This document shows, in pieces, positions 48,221 to 61,712 of a stretch of DNA of 64,000 nt. The DNA comes from Balanoglossus misakiensis (lineage: Eukaryota > Animalia > Hemichordata): positions 3,848,110-3,912,109 of the forward strand of contig CM082584.2 of the NCBI GenBank assembly GCA_040954595.2. The letters run 5' to 3'. Made by a program: the position numbers and the translations under genes. Positions within the stretch are counted from its first letter, which is position 1, and each line of letters begins with the position of its first letter. Under the pieces are notes generated by a model. The model worked only from the letters and a program-made list of their open reading frames with translations. It was not told the origin of the DNA and made no database searches.

Positions 48221-50114
48221 TGCTATCATGTGACTGGTACCTTTTGGAACCCGTGACCAGTTTCCATGACAACAATCTAAATATCGCTTTGAATTGTGGG
48301 ATTACACCTTTCAAAAATAGAAAACTAACCCTCACGTCAGCCTACATAATTTTGGCGGGAAAAGCCGTGAAGGTTTATTTTAAGACAAAGGGTATGGCTT
48401 ACTTTGCTACGGGAAACGGTATATCATTAAAACATACGGAATTATTTAATTTGGAAGATTAAATTAAAGTTCACCTTATATATATCAATAATAGCGAAAC
48501 CAGAAAGCTTCTGTTGAAAATGTTATCATAAAAACGTACAGTCCCTATGAAAATATAGCATCATTTGATTACACTCCCCATTCCTTGAATAGGCTAATCC
48601 ACATTACGTCAGCTTAAATTATACTAAATTTAGAAAGAACGAGATCTCTCTCATACGTCATTGTAAATTTGCAGACCGATTGTTCAATTCGGGGTAAATG
48701 ACCTTTGATTTCTTTGAACAGCTACGTCAAATCTTCCATTTACAGCAAGGATTTGGTAATCGCGGCCACTGGGTCCAAAGTTTAGGCAGTTTAACACCAT
48801 CTTTGGCATGTAGTTGTTTGCTTTCACGAAAGGTGAGTTTAGGTAGGCGCGGAACGGGACGTTTTGTATTGTACACGCATCGGCCATTGTGACCTCCATG
48901 GTTCATGATCAAAGCAGAAGAATTTTGGATCGCGCGAAGGCTGTTTTGCTAATTGCTAACCATTGATGACTCAAGTCTTCAATGTTCTAGAGATTGTAGT
49001 CGAGCTAAAAAAAAAAACCCGCTTGAGCGGACGATGGTCTTGTCCCCAAAACAACAACTCTCCTAGGCTCCCGATTCGTATTCGCATGCATTGAGGTTCC
49101 TTCTGTAGTCAGTAGCTCTCTGCGTGGCATGGGATGTGTGTCTTCCGGCGATGCTTCGAAACATCTCCGCGCCGTTTAGACTAACAGCCCCGCCAAGAAG
49201 AACTACTTCTGTGGTACCTCCATGCGTAGGGCTAGCCTCCACCACATGGAAAGCAAGATGGGTCTGTGACCTGGTACTCGATTATGGAGTGAGATTCCCG
49301 CCAAAACAGATTAATATTCTTATTTATTTATTTATTTATTTATTTATTTGCTTGTTATGTATCATCATGTTTTTGCAATTTATTGCAGTTGTTTGATTAT
49401 TTCAGTTTATTTTATCATTAAATTTTTTTACAATATTTTTCGATCTCGTTCAGTAGTATTTTTCTTTTTCTTTTATCAGTTTATCATTCAAATAATTTAC
49501 ATGATTTATTTTATTATTTCCATGACTTCATTAAAGTTGACTTTTTACAAATTTAACTTCTTTTTGCATGAGTATCAGGCAAATTATTCTCTCAATTTGT
49601 CATTTCATCCGTTCAGTCATTATTTTTCGTTTCATTTCAGTTTTTCATTCAAATAATTTGCATGATTTATTTCATTGTTTCACTAAAGTTGATTTTTTAA
49701 GCATCTAATTTCTGTATATCCTTACAATATGAAATTGTGTGTACTCAAATTACTGTCAGTTACACCAATTACCATGTCTAAAATTCTTACAAATGGCTTT
49801 GACTACCCCCCCCCCCCCCCCCCCGGGTATATGCAACACCTAACTATAAACAAAAGAGAACAAAAGCCCCATTTTTTTTTTATAATCCAAGTTTAAGCAG
49901 TAAGTCATTTAACCCGGCGGCATCAAAAAAATAAAGCCGCACCACACTTCCTACAGTCCTTTTTTCTGCAGTGGAGGTACAAAGTGCACACAAACGACTG
50001 TACCTTAGAAGTCTAGGATGTTCTTATGCAGGGAGAAACTCTTATGTCCAGTGTCCAGTACAGAACAAATGAATGATCAAACTCACAGCTCTATAGGAGT
50101 ATCTTGTATATTTA

Positions 50115-50888
50115 GGCTGCATTCACAAACACCTCTGGAGGGGGGGGGGCAGGAGAATTGAAGGGGGGGGGATTTGAAAAAATTGAGGGTATGTAAGGGG
50201 GGGGGGTTGAAATAATTTAGGGACTGAAAGGGGGGGACTTGAAAACTTTAACGACTAAATATTTATTTTGAGTCCACAAAAATGCAGTTTCGCGCCCTTT
50301 ATTTTACAAAATTTTCTAATGTGGGAGGGGGACACCCCCTCCCACACCCACCCCCTCCATTCATCAACACCTTTCAATCATTGACTGGTTTATCTAGTGT
50401 CCCAGGTCAGGGGACTTGCCCCACCCCATGATAACTTTGAGCGACGACGGTTAAATTTGTCCTCCCCAACATACCGTTAGTTGAGTTAATTTGCTTTTAC
50501 CGGGTTCATTAAAATGCAGCTTTGAGCTCTGTATTTTAGAAAACCCACCCCCTTCAATTCTCGGTTTACAATGTCTCCCAACACAGAATACAAATATATG
50601 TACTTAAAAAATAAAAACAATGTGCAGTTTTAATACCCACTGATGAGGGGAAACATCAGTTTCAAATTCTTTTCATGGGAGCGCTGTTTTTCTTTTTACA
50701 AGATAGATAGGTGATGTGTTTTGCTCTGTGAAAGAAAATGGGGGGGGGGGGGGGGATTTCAAAATTTTGGCAGTTCGGAAGGGGGGATTTGAAAATATTG
50801 GCAGTTCGGAAGGGGGGCATGTGAAAATTAGCGGTAAAAAACATTGAATTCTCCCGCCCCCCCTCCAGAGGTGTTTGTGAATGCAGCC
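50115..50888. mobile_element. PIF/Harbinger-like non-autonomous element; related inverted fragment at ~4340-4830
   Basis: GGCTGCATTCACAAACACCTCTGGAGGGGG TIRs with TTA on both sides. Confidence 0.82.
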
Positions 50889-51113
50889 TTATCACACGTG
50901 TATACAACATTTTTTTATGGTATGCCTCATATTTGTTCAAAAAAATAGCTCATAAAACTTAACTTTGTGTGGTTTACTGGGAAAACTAGTTCAAAGATAT
51001 CCGTAGTGCTGGCCAAATATTTGTGTTCCTACCAGAAAATTATGTTATATGAAATCCAGGTGGCATTGTCAAGTCTTAAAATAAAAGTGCTTAGGAAGGC
51101 CATTGTACTGGTA

Positions 51114-51269
51114 TAGACTCTCTCACAGCCCCTCTCGCTGTTCATGCAGGCTTATAGTCGGATTGCATGCGTCGCTACACAACACCATATGGGGCTTCTC
51201 CTTTGCTAAACGGTTGAGGGCGCATCAGTGAAGAGCCTTGTAGTGAAACTTGGGCTGTGAGAGAGTCTG
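51114..51269. mobile_element. Academ-like MITE with perfect 9-bp target duplication
   Basis: GTACTGGTA | TAGACTCTCTCACAGCCC...GGGCTGTGAGAGAGTCTG | GTACTGGTA. Confidence 0.82.
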
Positions 51270-53376
51270 GTACTGGTAGTGCTTATAATGTAGCTACATG
51301 TATATTATAAATGTACATTTTCACTCAAAAAGTCAAGAACATGAAAGAAAGATATTTTATTTCAGCAAAAACACTGATTGGTGATGATGTCATTGTCAAT
51401 TATTTTAAAACAGTAAGAAAATCCTCCCCCCCCCCCCCCCCGCACCTCCCATGTGGCACCCGTCATATATCAACCATTACTTCAAAATACAAAGCAGTCA
51501 CACACTGAATGCAACTGTCAATGATGCCAGTATTGATCATTTGTTTACTTGTCCACTAGCTCATGATCAACTGCCAAAAAGTGTTTGGATGTAGAAACAA
51601 GTCTTTTTCTGCAATAACCATAATAAGTTTGCAAAATCAGTACATGCTCTTGTATAGGGAATTAGCTGGGAGATGTATTAGGCTGGTGAGAGTGGAATAT
51701 TGATAGTAAAGTTGAAATCATCTTCAACAGTTTTTTTCTGCAACATTTTTGTATCATGTCTGCCATTTCTCTCATTTGGCTATGGTGACTTATTCACAAA
51801 TATAATTTCTATCGTTTTTGTTTTTTAATACACTTCCATTTATCTATTTATGTCATTTATTGTTCTCGCTTGATTTTTCCCCTACATTTATTTCTGTTTT
51901 TCATGTTAAAGTACAGTCCTTTTCCATGTTATCTGCTATTCTTTCGAACTTTTTAGGGTTTTTCCAAAAATTAACAATATTCTACTGTCCTGTAACTTCC
52001 TCTATTTGTAAAGTCGTGTTATTTTCAAAACTATACACTGTAATTACCATGCACTAAGCTGTTTTCTCTTTTAGTGTACAAAAAGTATGGCAAATACCAT
52101 TATTTTCTTAAAAACTGAAAGTGGTTGTCTGCTCATCTCACCATGTACAGCAAATTAAGATGCTGATTGGTTAAATTGAAAAATTATCTTTTATACCTTG
52201 AGATTATATTTTCCAATTCTCCAAATTTCACATCCACATTTTAGTATAGGTTTAAAAGGACTAGTTTGCTTACTTTTAACATCATTTTGATCGTATTAGT
52301 TTCTTTTGATAGATGATTTATGTTGTTTGCTGAAAAATGGAAAAATCACTGCTTGTTACTATCACATTCTGTATAAACTAGTCTCATCATTCATTGAAAA
52401 CCACAATCTTTTCATGGCAACACATAGTTTCTGGGTTACAAGCCAGAGGTAGATGACTATGTCCCGTGAGAATGACCCTGTATATGGGTTATTCAACGTA
52501 ATTTTGGTTTTTGCCTAAAATTAAGAGACGGAAGTATTCATTTGTTATTTCAAGTCCATTTTACAGGCTATGGTCTGAGCGGTGGCAAAAAGTCATTAGA
52601 CATATTCAAGTAGAATTACATAAATAATTTCTCATAAGAATAAAATGATCAGAATAATGTCAAAAGTGGGTGACTTTGTCCCTTTTTATCACAAAATCGT
52701 TGTCCATTCACGATTTTAAAAGTTTAGACATTGTTATGATCTGCTGAATACAACAGGATGCTTTTAATGCCTCATTATATAACAATTCTCTAGCTAAGTC
52801 CATTTTTTCCATTAGATTACAATTCTATATCTAAACTTTTAACCATTTCCAATTCCAGTTTTTGGTTTATTTTTATATAAATTGCCATTGGTCTTGGTTT
52901 AATTCCAGATATTTTTAAAGTCAAAAAATATTTTATATAACGATTACTACAAAATTGTGACTGGGCTGCATGGTTGAATTTATATGTCTCTGGCTGCAAC
53001 TGAAAAATGAATGTACCAAACATGATGACACTACAGTAAATGATATTGTAATAGCTCTTGTCTCAGGCTGTGTAAGGGGGGCATTAATAAAATTCTTTGT
53101 TTTGCCACCTGTTTGTTGTTCATTTTTTCAGAGAAAATAAAATGCAGATTATGCTGTAGAATAAAAAAACACGATATTTTCCATACCGTTGACCATCCAA
53201 TGAGAAACTGGGTTTATGTATTTCCAGTACACTTTAATTTCCTTGTTTATTCAATTGGTAGCTGGGTAAGATTAGGGAAAATTGCTGATAGCTAACAAAG
53301 GATTTTATTTAATATGTGATCTCTTTTTTTCTGAATACCCATAACATTAACACAATACATTTTCCATATTTAGACA

Positions 53377-56300
53377 ATGAGTGAGCAGTTACCTGGTACG
53401 AGCAGAACTGGGTGTTTTCCAAGGACAAGAATCCACCAACCAGGCAACAACACTGATGTGACTACTTTATCAGAGACATCAGACAATAATGTTTTACCAG
53501 ATATGTGTGAAACGGATATTGAAAACAGAAGTCAACGTCAAACTTTTAACAATGATGAGGAAGGCTCTCAGGTACTGTATTTATATTTATATTGTCCTTC
53601 TTCAAACTCTGGTCTGCATAGTAAGTGTGTAGTTATCCAAGCACATGGTTGATGCAATTTAAGTTCATTATCAGCCTGCATCGAAATAAATTTTAAAAAA
53701 AATATTTACATGGGTTTTAGTCCACGTAGATTAGGTAATTCGATAATGGATTGAGTAGGTTAGTTTAGTCAATTCTGGTAACTGATTTGGTAATGTTTTT
53801 TACTCTGAAAATAACTGTGTCCCTCCAGAAACTGTGTACTGTTAAGTATATGACGTCAACACCATTTGGTAGTTTGTACTACTGTAGAAAATAGGGACTG
53901 TGGCCATGCCTGTTTTGGATCATTCGGTCCATTTCCTTTGAGATTACAGATTCATTATATGCAACTGTTGAGGGCGCTGTTTTCATCAGTATTTCTTGTG
54001 CTCCCTGTTTAGATACCTAGACGTACATAGGCTCCTCTCTGAAACCTTAGTTTCAGGGAGGAACCAACATCTAGGTACAAGACTTGAAACCTCTTGGCAC
54101 CTTTCAATGCAGATTAACAAACAATAAAATCTGCCACGTGGACTTTTCCCTTTCCTAAACGGGTGGGGCATTTATGAATTCTGGGCTTGATCATGAAGGT
54201 GACTAAAGGGGTCAAAATGAAGCAATTGCCCCATCAACTCGGGCAAACCTTGTTCCTTGGCAAACCATGCCTAACCCCCCCCCCCCCACATTTGTCCTGT
54301 ATCGCCCGAAGTGGGCTCCCTTGGGGATTAGATTACATCGACTGCTGCATCAGGGGTCCAGTGTTCTCCCCAGGAATTTCTGACAGAGTATTGGCTAATT
54401 TACATAACAATATTGATAATTGTTATATTAAAGAGTTTCTATTGTTTTCCAAAAATGACAGAGTGTTGGCCGTGCTCTGAAATTGCTCTGGGGAGAACAC
54501 TACAAGGGGGTCATATTGCATTGTCTGTTTGCTAATGTCACCATACATGTCTGTCAAGCAAAAATATTATCTGTTAGTCTTAAAAATTTGTAATTTTGCA
54601 TTTTCACAGATCATTATGAGTGTGATATGGGGTGGAGGTAAAGTTGGACTGGCTTATTATGACACTGAGACATGCCATATTCATCTAATGATGGACATTG
54701 CAGAATCTGATGATTTTCCAATGACTAGAAGTGGTAAGATTCTTTCATTACATTCATTTAGCTAATAAATATTCTGTTGAAAAATGCTGTTAGGGAGGGA
54801 GGGGCCATTCAGGTTTTTGTTTTTATTTATTTATTTATTTTTATTTTTTTTTGGGGGGGGGGGGGGCAAACTCTTTATAGAACAAAACACCCACTACCGT
54901 CAAAATATAATGGACCCCCACCCTCAAAATATCAAAATAACAGTGACACGCCACGTGGAATTTTCCAGATTGTCAAGTATTATACTAGTAATACAGATTA
55001 TCAGCAGAAAAGTTAAAAAAGCTTGTAAAGGGTAAAGTGTTACTGCTATAATAATATTAGTTGTTTACATGTATTTGTCATTTTGTTGGATTGCTGTTCC
55101 TTCAATACTCCCTCCTCCCCAGCAATTTTTGATACTGCATTTTTCAAAATTATTTATTCCGAAATTAGTTCGGAATGTGTTCCAACTTTTATGGTGACAG
55201 GTCATTCTCTACAGGAGCACCACGGTTGTGGAACAAGCTACCGGTTCCACTCCGTAGCTGTGAGAATTTTAATGTTTTTAAATCAAACCTTAAAACGTTT
55301 TTATTCAGGGAATGACTTTTTATCCCAATTTTTAACCATTGTCTATTTTATTATACATTTTTAGCATTTTATTTGTCTTTTTATTTTTTAGCAGCTATGT
55401 ACAGCGCTTTGGGATGTCATTTTACATGGAAAGCATTTTTTAAGAATTAAATATTATTATTATTAACTATTTTACTCCCACCATGATGATAGCATTTGAT
55501 TCTGTGGCCAGAGAGCATTCTGGGATACATATCCTAATTGTATTTGAAAAGGAAATGTCAGATTATTGAATGACAGAAATTTAAACTTCAAATCTGAAAC
55601 TGCCATCCACTTTCCTCTGACAGACCAACTATAACAATATGATTGTCACAATATGTTTATGGCATGTTGCATTTGATCTTGTCTTTCTAGTCTGCCAGCC
55701 TTAAAGGAGACATCCTTTGATTCTTAAAGGGGCAATTTTCAATCCCTGGCTCTTGTTGATATTGGTTGAATGTTTATGTGGTGCAAAGCTTTTGTTTTCC
55801 ATTGAAATCTTTATCAATCTGTTTGCTTTTAGCTAAAGCTGACAAAGAAGGTGTTCCTTTAAAATGAGACTTCAGAAATAACAAGTTTTAACACAGAATT
55901 TTATTTTTTTGTCAGTTTCAAAGCAAATCATCCCAACATGTGTTATTACAAGCAGCAAACAAGATGAAAGAATGTTACATTGTCTGTCTGAAGAAGGTAT
56001 GAACAAATCTGGATATTAATTGTTTGTGACATTAACTTTATGCTGAATATGCCCATAGTGGTTGAATTTGCCCTCTAGGGCTTCATAAACTACATGTAGT
56101 AGTAAATGCATTTTGATTAAAGGAGAAAAAGCACCAAGGTGTTTTTTCACATGATATGGCATGGACCTCACACCAGGCTGTACATATGAACAATTCATAG
56201 TCATATATGATGCTAAATTGTGGTGATCAAAACACTTCACTCGTGTTGTTTGTGCTCTCATCTCATGGCTGCCCTTTTATTGATAACATTGAATTTCATT

Positions 56301-59300
56301 TTACAGTGACTGCTCTTCAAGAATCAACTTGTAACTCTGTCGATCTACAAATCTTGCCAAACATTGATTTCTGTGAGTACAATGATTAGAACCCCTAATT
56401 TACCTATTATTTTAAATATAAGCAGTGTTGAAGGTATACAGTCACATATTTATTTTGAGTTGCAGCTCATAGGGCCTTAAAGGTATACAGTCACCTTAAA
56501 TTTACATACGTCCATAGATGGCCATATGTCAGAAATGGTGTATTTGAGCGTTCTAAAGAACATATGGTGGCGCTCTTTTCTCGCATGTGCCACCCACTGA
56601 AAATCTGTGATTGGCTAGATCTCAATTTGCCATGGTAACTATAGCTAATTTTCCATAGGTGACCGTATATCTTTAATGTAAACTTTAAGAACTTCATGAA
56701 AAAAATTATACTTGAAAAGGGCTCCAAAACATGAATCATGGCAACAATAATTATCATTTATGTAGTGGAATAGTAAATATAATTGTTTTTAAATATTTTT
56801 GGTGTATAAAGTCATTCAGATATCTGTATGTGTTGTTGCATCACTGCAAACTTTAGAGGCCGAAAATAATTGCAAAGACGCATCCCCCATTGTTATGCGT
56901 TTCTGTGAAATATTAATGTCTCATTTTGTTTTCATCAAAGCCTTGGAAGCTAGCAAGAGGAGAATCATGAATTTAAATCTCTCCTGCGTCCCGGATCACT
57001 ATACTGAAGATCAAAGACTTATTTATATGTCTTCATTAGTGCCATTCGAACAAATCAACATGGTAAGGTGGTTGGTGAAATATAAAGAGCATTGTTTTCC
57101 CCCTACTTCAACAGGTGTTTTCATACACAGTATTTCTATTGAGCAAAATCCAACTAGGATCTAGTCATGACTAATAGAATCTCACACTCCCAAGGACCTG
57201 GGATCATATTTCTCACATGAGTTGGGGATTTTTTGTCCCACACGAACCTGCAGCTCGTGTGGGACAAAATATCCCCGACGAGTGTGAGAAATATGATCCC
57301 AGGTCCTTGGTGTGTGAGATTATATTTCTCACACAGTCACAAATTAGCCGAATTCGTTAAAAAACATTGGATAAATGACTCTAGAACCGTCGTCTGGGCA
57401 TGTTGTAGTCTCTGTCCCTGTAATACACATCGTGCCATTGGATAACATTTAGTGCGCGTTGGCAAGAGAACGCTTTGTCAACCAATCGGCGCTGACGTCA
57501 TGTACAGCTTTTGATTCAGTGAGAGTGTGGGATCGATTTTTTTCAGACTTTGATCCCACACTCCCAGCGTGCCAGGAGTGTGAGAATAAAATAATTCTTA
57601 CTGGTGAATATATTTGGTCCAATTGTCCACCTTTACTTGAAGTCAGTGCCTGTATGAAAATCATCACAAATCAAGTAATTCTTTGTCAAGGATAAACTTT
57701 TAGACTCCGTACAATGTATTCACTCAAAGTGAAAGTTCAGAGGACCTATACTGAAATTGCAAAAGTATGGTAAAACATGCACAAATAGTTGTCCAACACA
57801 CAAACAAATTGATTGTAGATGTAACTTTATTTCATTATTCACTGATTTCCAGTGTTCAGGACAGTAGATGTAAAATAATCATGTATACTGGTGGTAATAA
57901 ACAAAAGTTAGATGTCTGTAGGATCAGAATGTTCCAGCATTAATGGAAGTCAATATAGTATTTTCACATTGTATTCATGTTTCAGGTGCGTGCAGCCGGT
58001 GGTTTGCTGAAATATTTGGATAAGAAAAGAATTGGAGTGGAACTTGAAGATCAAAGTGTCAGAGTTCCAGTAATTGGTCTTCAAGTATTCACTTTGTAAG
58101 TAGACTTTAGTGATTTTGCTGCTGTTATTGAAACAAAACATGTAGTGTCTAAAAGGGGCAAAGTTGCTCTCTTTTGATCTTTTTATGCTCTCATGTCATA
58201 CTTGGGGAGCAGGGGTTGGGGAGGGGGTATGTACATGTATATGGCTGGGGGGATATTCGTATTAGCCTGTCTGTATTATGTAAGGGGAGAACCATTTGAT
58301 TTCGGGGGGGGGGGGGGGGATTTGGATTTAGTATAGTTTTCATGGTTTAGTATGATACATGTATAGCATGGTACAGTATGGCGGCCCATTGCTGCCTTTG
58401 GTAAAATGCATAAATGTATATCTATAGTTTGTGTGTTTTTGTTTGTGTTTTTGTTTGTTTGTGTGTTTTTGTTTGAAAAGAAAATGAAAAGAAATTAAAA
58501 ACAAAACAAAATAAAAATATAAATAAAATAAAAACGAAATTAAAAACAAAATTGAATAAAAAAAAATTTGAAAAGAAAAGAAAACAAACTAAAATGAAAA
58601 GAAATTAAATACTGGTCAACTGTTAAAAAAAACTATTACAAACTCCACTCTGCCTGTAGACAGACAAGATTAAACGTTCAAAGAATGAGTGCTCGATCTT
58701 CCACAGTAAAATACTTCAAATATATTCCCTATCCTCTAAAATCCTCACCATTAAGCCATATTACTTGCATTTGCATCAGTTTGTCATCTCTTCATACTGT
58801 TTGTATGGAGGCTGATTAAATCGGTGCTGCACCGTTTTAATAAATAGCGGTCAGATTGCAACATGTGGTCACAATCATGCATCGATAAGGTGTTCATGTA
58901 TACCTATCAGTAAGCTTATTTATAGATGAATCAATTTAAGTTGGAAAATATAACCATGAAAATAATGCAAAAAGTGGCAGCTGTAGGCTTTAAGGTGTGA
59001 CATACAGCAAGGACTGCAGTAGACAAAGTATACATGGAGTATGTGTGTTGGTTCATCTGTTGAACATTCCAGTTGTAGGAAATAAAGTGTTTGATCTGGA
59101 GTAATTTCAAACGCATGGCCGCGACTTGATCATGTGTGTGTTTTGGTAGTTATGTTTCTATACTTCATGTCATCGTTGTTGTTGTTGTTATTGTTATTGT
59201 TGTTGTCTTTAATCTAGTGAGATAAAAAAAGTTATTGCGATTTTTTATGTTGAATCTTTCAGGAACAAGATGTTAATGGTTGACCACAATACTTACAATG

Positions 59301-59384
59301 CCTTGCAGATCTTTCAGAAGGAACTTCATCCATCTATTTATAAATTTGGCAGTAGTGGTTCAAAGGAAGGTTTGAGTTTATATG
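53377..59384 (+). CDS. MSH5: MutS protein homolog 5, 5' part (gene presumably continues past the window)
   Basis: Exons 53377-53571, 54610-54733, 55916-55996, 56307-56372, 56941-57062, 57986-58095, 59263-59384 join in frame. [79 protein letters not shown] match the MSH5 N-terminal region. Confidence 0.92.
54359..54502. mobile_element. hAT-like MITE
   Basis: Same family as 43163-43307. Confidence 0.72.
56477..56676. mobile_element. TTAA-flanked MITE (Kolobok-like); related fragments near 22860-22945
   Basis: TTAA-AGGTATACAGTCACCT...AGGTGACCGTATATCT-TTAA. Confidence 0.7.
57174..57590 (-). mobile_element. Non-autonomous Crypton-like element with long hairpin 57178-57321
   Basis: ~145-bp imperfect palindrome followed by TTTCTCACAC (57325), which is complementary to distal GTGTGAGAA (57578). 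Confidence 0.65.
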
Positions 59385-61712
59385 GTAAGTTATTGTGTGC
59401 ATGTATTATCATTTCATTCGTCAGTCAGTCTCATTATATTGAACACCTATTGCCTGGCCATGAGGGCCATAGCAGCCATTTATTACCCCCAAGGGGCTGT
59501 GAGTTACCAGAATCACATGCTATTTCCCCGAGACCGTATATTTTTTTCTGCTATTTCCCTAGGGATTCATTCTATTTTCATATCATCATGTGACAGATTC
59601 TGGCGAATCACGTCACAGTATTAGAATGAGGTATATTATAAAATCCAATATGGTTGTCAAGGGGCAATTTCATGATCAATTTTCTATGTCTGGAGTGATT
59701 ACTAAGATATGGCTTTTGGACCGTCTCAGATTGTCACATAAGCTCAACAAACGAAATAACTATGTTTCATGTCAATTCGTTTAGTGAACTTTACTTTCAC
59801 ACTTATTTAGATGACCAAAAACTTCCTTTTATGTTTTTATTAAAGTAAAAACTAGTGGTGTACCAAAGAATCTACCTATATCCTGCGCCTCTCACTTTGG
59901 ATGTTCTCTGTTAATTATTCGATTTGATCAATTTACTGCAATTTTCTAACTGTACATCATGTGATCAGAGGCAAACGTTACTCAAAATCTATAGCCATTC
60001 TTCAACATTGTAGTTTATTTTGGGTATCAACACTTAATTTTTCACACTTTTGAACTTTTGTTTAAGGGGAGGGATTTTGGATCCTAACGAATACATTTTG
60101 TTCGTTGAGCTTAGGTGACTCGGACAACCTGAAATGGTCCCTTAGAGATCATTGGCCTTTGGATAAACATCGTGCAATTTCATACATTTTTTGTGTCGTG
60201 TCTATTTTACTATCCAAAATATTATAATGAAACAAAGACCATGTGATCATAAACAAGATGGATGCCTCCAATGTCCATACGCCAATGAGAGCCATGTTTA
60301 CAAAAGCTTGTGCCTGACCCTTTCCTTTTAGCGTAGCGCAGCCAGTGGTGGGAATGGGGCAGGGGACCAGACTACACCACCACCACCAACGACAAACATT
60401 CCGTTTGCTTTCGTTGTGTCACTGTTTCATGACATTGTAATAGACTCGTTCAGTCGCAGGTATACACTATATCCATCTTCAGCAAAGAATATATGCATGG
60501 CGAGGGGAGGGGGGGGGGGATATTATGGGCGTGTCCCTGCCCAATTCTCCCTTTATATGGACGTTCCACACATAGTGCCATGAAGCGTTTAGGGACTATG
60601 GACAGACTGTCCAAAATGTAGAACACGTCCTGCACACGTGTGACCAACAGATCGTATTGTCTGTGACCTACTTTACACTATTAAATGTATACTTTGAACC
60701 TTGTTGCACAAAACGTGTTACGCATGCGCTGACTGCATTACCAAGGCTGTAGCGAATGCTTCTCCGGATCTGGTACCTGATTGAACACGGCATCATTTGG
60801 CAACTAAGGTAAGGTTTCCTAAGTTGTTCATACATTGCTTATTTTGGATGATGGTAGGAAACAATGATGATATCTTTGTGGTCCGTACAACCTTGAAAAT
60901 CCCCTCATTTAAGCGAAACATCTCTACAATACGTTCCGACTGAAACAAAATTTAACAAAAACACTTCCTGGTTCAGTAAACTTACAACCCAAGAGTATTG
61001 GTTTTATTGTTTTTACAAGGTGAATCGCATTCCACTAAATACAGACTATCACAAAACGACCTCGACAATTTGATCAGCGACATTATTGTGCAATCAATTT
61101 GAAATAATCATATCAAATCAAGAGTAAATACAATTATTTTTTACGTCCTCGTGAGTGTAGATTTTTGAGGTGTTATACATGAAAACAGTGTACATGGATA
61201 TAGGTCATCCCCGCCTAGCATTTTGACCACACAACTTTGACCTCAAACATTACATGATTCGCCTAAATCACTATATGTCATGAAATGTGAAAGTGAAAGG
61301 GCAGTATGTTTACTATAATACAACTTTTATTTTTTGACTGGACACTTTTTTAAAGAGATGTAAATCTTGCATGGATTAAGTGTTGTTCGTGCATTTTTTG
61401 TCAACGGTTTATCAACATACCTGTCACAAGTTCCAGAAAGAATCGACTCCCTATAGCCTTAATACCAACGGATACATTTGTACACATTCCATAAAACTGA
61501 CTTTACAGTAAAGAAAACGATTGTGAAATGGCTAAAGTAGTGATGCTAATTATGATCCGTAGTCTTTTGACCACAAGAATAATAAAAATAATTTGTGTAT
61601 CTCAAAGCTAAAATCCTGTCCTGCACTAATTTATCAACGTGTCTATTATTAGTATCCAATATTCATCTTTAATTTATCATCAGATCAACATACCAAGAGT
61701 ATATCTAACAAA

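Noticed and set aside
59445-59640. Possible additional Crypton-like hairpin remnant (ATTTCCCCGAG…)
   Set aside because: Arms too incomplete to establish the architecture by eye.
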